From an uncultured bacterium (GTDB taxonomy: Bacteria; Verrucomicrobiota; Verrucomicrobiia; Limisphaerales; UBA8199): a stretch of DNA of 64,000 bases. This document shows positions 60,785 to 64,000 of this stretch, one piece after another. How positions within the stretch are numbered: the stretch's first letter is position 1; each line of letters opens with the position of its first letter. The notes beneath the pieces were generated by a model. That model was not told the origin of the DNA. It saw nothing but the letters and a program-made list of their open reading frames with translations, and searched no databases. The DNA lies in assembly GCA_963749495.1 (NCBI GenBank), contig CAVVMW010000014.1, forward strand, positions 1 to 64,000, written 5' to 3'. Made by a program: the position numbers and the translations under genes.

Positions 60785-62098
60785 ATGAAACTACTGGTTA
60801 TCGGCTCGGGCGGACGCGAGCACGCGCTGGTCTGGAAACTGGCCCAGTCGCCCCTGGCCTCCCGCTTGTGCTGCGCGCCGGGCAACGCCGGCATCGCCGC
60901 AGAACGCCTGGCCGCCAACGGGCACCCGGTCCAATGCGTGAATATCGGCGCCGAAGACCTAGCGCGGCTTTTGGCCCTGGCCCAGGAATTCAAACCCGAC
61001 CTCACCGTGGTCGGCCCGGACAACCCGCTCGCGCTGGGTATTGTCGACCTCTTCGCCCGGAACGGGCTGCCCATCTGGGGCCCCAACCAGAGCGCCGCAC
61101 GCTTTGAGGCCTCGAAGGCCTTTTCCCAGGCCTTCATGGAACGACATGGAATCCCCACTGCCCGCTCCGGCACCTTCCACGAACCCAAAGCCGCCGCCGC
61201 CTTTGCCGCCTCCCTGGGCGGCCGTTGCGCTGTCAAAGCCGACGGCCTGGCCCTCGGCAAAGGCGTGCTGCTCTGCGCCTGCCTCGCCGAGGCAGAAAAG
61301 GCCATCACCGACATCCTCGTGCGCAAGGCCTTCGGCTCAGCCGGCGGCCAGATCGTCATCCAGGAACTCCTCGAAGGCATCGAAGTCTCTCTCCACGCCC
61401 TTTGCGACGGCAAGAGCGCCCTGCTCTTCCCCACCTCCCAGGACCATAAACGCGCCCTCGATGGCGACCAGGGCCCCAACACCGGCGGCATGGGCGCCTC
61501 TTCGCCCACCCCTTTCCTCACCCCTGCCGGCCTGGCCGACGCACACCGGGCCATCCTCCAGCCTTGGCTGCGCGGCTGCGCCGCCGAGGCCATCGATTTT
61601 CACGGCATCCTCTATCCCGGCCTGATGCTCACTCCCTCCGGCCCCAAGGTGCTCGAGTTCAACGCCCGCTTCGGCGACCCCGAAACCCAGGTTTACGTGA
61701 CTCGGCTCCAAAACGATCTCCTCACATTGCTCCAGGCCAGCGTGGACGGCACGCTCGCGAGCATCGAACTCAAATGGAACCCTGCGGTGGCGGTCTGCGT
61801 CGTCATGGCCTCAGCCGGCTACCCCGGCAGCTATTCCAAGGGCAAGCCCATCACCGGCCTGGAAGAAGCGGCCAGGTTGCCCAATACCAAAGTCTTCCAT
61901 GCGGGCACCGCCCGTGCCGGCAACCAATTCGTCACCAACGGCGGACGCGTGCTCGGCGTCACCGCCTGGGCCCAAGACCTGCCCGCAGCCCGTGCCGCAG
62001 CCTATGCCGCCGTCCAGACCATCCGCTTCGACGGCGCGCACTTCAGGCGCGACATCGCCTCTAAGTCCACAGTCCACAGTCCACAGTCTAGAGTCTAA
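60785..62098 (+). CDS. purD: Phosphoribosylamine--glycine ligase
   Basis: GSGGREHAL, KADGLALGKGV, QDHKR, GPNTGGMG and EFNARFGDPE. The last residues derive from a heptamer repeat. Confidence 0.97.
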   Translation: MKLLVIGSGGREHALVWKLAQSPLASRLCCAPGNAGIAAERLAANGHPVQCVNIGAEDLARLLALAQEFKPDLTVVGPDNPLALGIVDLFARNGLPIWGPNQSAARFEASKAFSQAFMERHGIPTARSGTFHEPKAAAAFAASLGGRCAVKADGLALGKGVLLCACLAEAEKAITDILVRKAFGSAGGQIVIQELLEGIEVSLHALCDGKSALLFPTSQDHKRALDGDQGPNTGGMGASSPTPFLTPAGLADAHRAILQPWLRGCAAEAIDFHGILYPGLMLTPSGPKVLEFNARFGDPETQVYVTRLQNDLLTLLQASVDGTLASIELKWNPAVAVCVVMASAGYPGSYSKGKPITGLEEAARLPNTKVFHAGTARAGNQFVTNGGRVLGVTAWAQDLPAARAAAYAAVQTIRFDGAHFRRDIASKSTVHSPQSRV

Positions 62099-62270
62099 CG
62101 TCCAAAGCCCACAGCGTGAGCCAAAGACTCTGGCCGGAGGACTCTAGAATCTGAAATTCCGAATCTGAAATCTGATATGCGAACTCTGAGACTCTGGACT
62201 GTGAACTCTGGACTGTGGACTCTGGACTGTGAACTCTGGACTGTGGACTCTGGACTGTGGACTGTGGACT
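62065..62270. repeat. Inverted heptamer arrays (AGTCCAC)n / (GGACTGT, GGACTCT)n; another run at 62592-62640
   Basis: Seen directly. Confidence 0.88.
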
Positions 62271-62271
62271 A

Positions 62272-62445
62272 AACACAAGGGCGGCCCCTCTAGTCTGCCG
62301 GCGTCATCGGATCCTCCAGCCTAACTAATTCAGCAGCGGACTGCTGGAGAATCGCTTCAACCGGCAGACGAGAAGGTCCGCCCTTGCAACAAACCCTGCT
62401 CAAAACCCCATCCCCGACCAAACTGGCTAGAACCAATCCGTCGGC
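62272..62445 (-). ncRNA. Candidate structured small RNA
   Basis: 26-bp stem 62276-62301 / 62361-62386 (23/26), inner stem CTCCAGC/GCTGGAG and a 5' hairpin 62414-62444. No ORF; downstream of a sigma54-like promoter. Confidence 0.5.
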
Positions 62446-62455
62446 TTAGAGAACC

Positions 62456-62472
62456 AGCACGAACGGTGCCAA
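62456..62472 (-). promoter_or_regulatory. Candidate sigma54 -24/-12 promoter
   Basis: TTGGCACCGTTCGTGCT on the minus strand (GG-N10-GC). Confidence 0.55.
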
Positions 62473-62512
62473 CGCGAATTTGGCCTAAAACCGCAGAGGA
62501 CCTCCTCCCAAA

Positions 62513-62549
62513 CGCGTGATTTTCACGCATTCTGCGTGAACTTCACGCG
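62513..62549. promoter_or_regulatory. Two tandem dyads, candidate enhancer-binding protein sites
   Basis: CGCGTGATTTTCACGCA-TTC-TGCGTGAACTTCACGCG. Confidence 0.45.
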
Positions 62550-62551
62550 AC

Positions 62552-62583
62552 TCACACCATATCCACCGCCAACACGCGGATGA
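62552..62583 (-). repeat. Diverged duplicate of the final 10 codons of the GspE/PilB gene
   Basis: 30/32 identical to 62644-62675; both encode IRVLAVDMV-stop. Confidence 0.85.
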
Positions 62584-62643
62584 TCTGACCGTGGACCTTG
62601 GACTTTGAACTCTGGACTGTGGACTGTGGACTGTGGACTGAGA

Positions 62644-63861
62644 TCACACCATGTCCACCGCCAATACGCGGATGACCTCGTCGAGCGTGGTTTGGCCGCT
62701 GATGGCGCGGCCGAGGCCGCCCTGCCAGAGCGTGCGCATGCCCTGTTGGATGGCGATTTCCTCCAACGTCAGGGTCGGCGTCTTGCGCAGGACGGCTTCG
62801 CGGAAGGGCTCGGTGACGACGAGCAATTCGCTGACGGGCATGCGGCCGGAATAGCCGGTTTGGTTGCACTGGTCGCATCCGGCGCCGCGGCGGAACCGGG
62901 CTTCGGCCAGGAGTGCCTCGGGGACCAGCTTGAGCTGGCTTGGGGGCGGTTCGTAGGCCTGGGCGCAGTTTGGGCAGAGCCGGCGCACCAACCGCAGGCC
63001 CATCACCCCCAGGATGCTCGAGGCGAGCATGAACGGCTCGATCTCCATGTTGATCAGGCGCGTGAACGCCCCGGCCGCGATCCCCGCATGGATGGTGCTG
63101 ATGACCAGGTGCCCCGTCAGGCCCGCCTGCACGGCGATGGCCGCCGTCTCCGGGTCGCGGATCTCCCCGACCATGACCACCTGCGGGTCCTGGCGCAGGA
63201 TGCTGCGCAACGCAATCGCGTAAGTGAAGTCCTGCGCCGGGTTGACCTGCGTCTGGCTGATCCTCGGCAAATTGAACTCAACCGGGTCTTCCACGGTGCT
63301 GATGCTCACGGTGGTGCCGTCGCGCTGCGTGATATAGCAAAGCGAGGAATACATGGTGCTGGTCTTGCCCGAACCCGTCGGCCCCGTGAAGAGCAGCAGG
63401 CCACTGGACCGCCTGAGCAGGCGCACCAGGCCCTCCAGTGTCGAGTCCTCGAAACCAAGCATGTCCAGCTCAAACCGCCGGTCCCGGGGGTCGAACAGCC
63501 GGACGACCACCTTCTCGCCGCGCGTGGTGGGGAAGATCGAGATGCGCATCTGCACGTTCTCCAACTCCGGACCCCCGATCGCTGTGCCGTCCTGCGGCAG
63601 GCCCGCCTGGTAGGTCACCAGGTTCGCTATCACCTTGAAGCGCATCGAGATCTTCTCCAGCAGGTCCAAGGGCAGGTGCGCCACCTCGCTCAGCACCCCG
63701 TTCACCCTCGCCCGCACCGCGATCGAGTCCTCCCACGGTTCGATGTGCAGGTCGCTGGCCCCCAGCCGAATCCCGTCCTGCACCAGGCAGTTGACCAGCA
63801 CGCTCACCTCGATCCCTCGGGCCGCCATTTCCGACTGCAGGTAATCAATCGTGTAACTCAT
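62644..63861 (-). CDS. GspE/PulE/PilB-family secretion ATPase
   Basis: ASDLHIEP, PQDG, GPTGSGKTS, VEDPVE, LRQDP..VGEIRD, TGHLVISTIH and a tetracysteine motif. Confidence 0.95.
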   Translation of the reverse strand: MSYTIDYLQSEMAARGIEVSVLVNCLVQDGIRLGASDLHIEPWEDSIAVRARVNGVLSEVAHLPLDLLEKISMRFKVIANLVTYQAGLPQDGTAIGGPELENVQMRISIFPTTRGEKVVVRLFDPRDRRFELDMLGFEDSTLEGLVRLLRRSSGLLLFTGPTGSGKTSTMYSSLCYITQRDGTTVSISTVEDPVEFNLPRISQTQVNPAQDFTYAIALRSILRQDPQVVMVGEIRDPETAAIAVQAGLTGHLVISTIHAGIAAGAFTRLINMEIEPFMLASSILGVMGLRLVRRLCPNCAQAYEPPPSQLKLVPEALLAEARFRRGAGCDQCNQTGYSGRMPVSELLVVTEPFREAVLRKTPTLTLEEIAIQQGMRTLWQGGLGRAISGQTTLDEVIRVLAVDMV

Positions 63862-64000
63862 ACGCCACCTGCTCCGCTCGCGCTGCCCGCAAACTAGCCA
63901 CCCCCGGCCCCTACGGCAAGGCTAAAGGCCAAAGGCTAAAGGCTAAAGTCAAGAAAAGGCGAATCCCGAGGGGGTCGAGGGACGAGGGACGCGGGGCGCC

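Noticed and set aside
62552..62680. DGR template/variable repeat or prophage att site
   Set aside because: Only 32 bp, with no reverse transcriptase, integrase or phage genes in the window.
1..64000. tRNA, rRNA or known riboswitch
   Set aside because: None recognised by eye; a covariance-model scan is needed to exclude them.

Overview
This is a GC-rich bacterial chromosome segment. Gene content (three H-X9-DG prepilin-like genes, BamB-like propeller, DUF2723-TPR, dense REP and heptamer repeats) suggests Verrucomicrobiota, by inference. Most of it is housekeeping: pckG, sppA, a RpoD-family sigma factor, apt, hisC, rhaM, argA, an NtrC-type regulator, ispF, tsaD, S41 protease, feoAAB, purM, ppdK, glycosyltransferases, ClC, pncB, FKBP, purD and a GspE/PilB ATPase. 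The main accessory block is about 32.8-48.6 kb. It holds (i) a three-gene operon for an atypical sigma-70 factor, an anti-sigma-like protein and a CHAT caspase-like protease with a Cys-rich tail, with no CRISPR context here (best candidate for an undescribed system); (ii) a TIR-AAA_35 NTPase paired with a membrane-anchored AAA_35 receptor; (iii) two nucleotidyltransferase TA-like pairs; and (iv) a Y1/HUH transposase bounded by 25-bp inverted repeats and nested inside partial copies of itself. Elsewhere there is a 1.04-kb transposase-less cassette with TIRs and an 8-bp TSD, a candidate sigma54-driven sRNA with upstream dyad sites, and a diverged duplicate of the gspE 3' end. Six single-base frameshifts, including one in essential tsaD, are most likely sequencing indels. 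No rRNA, tRNA or CRISPR array was seen. All family assignments come from motif recognition by eye, not database searches.
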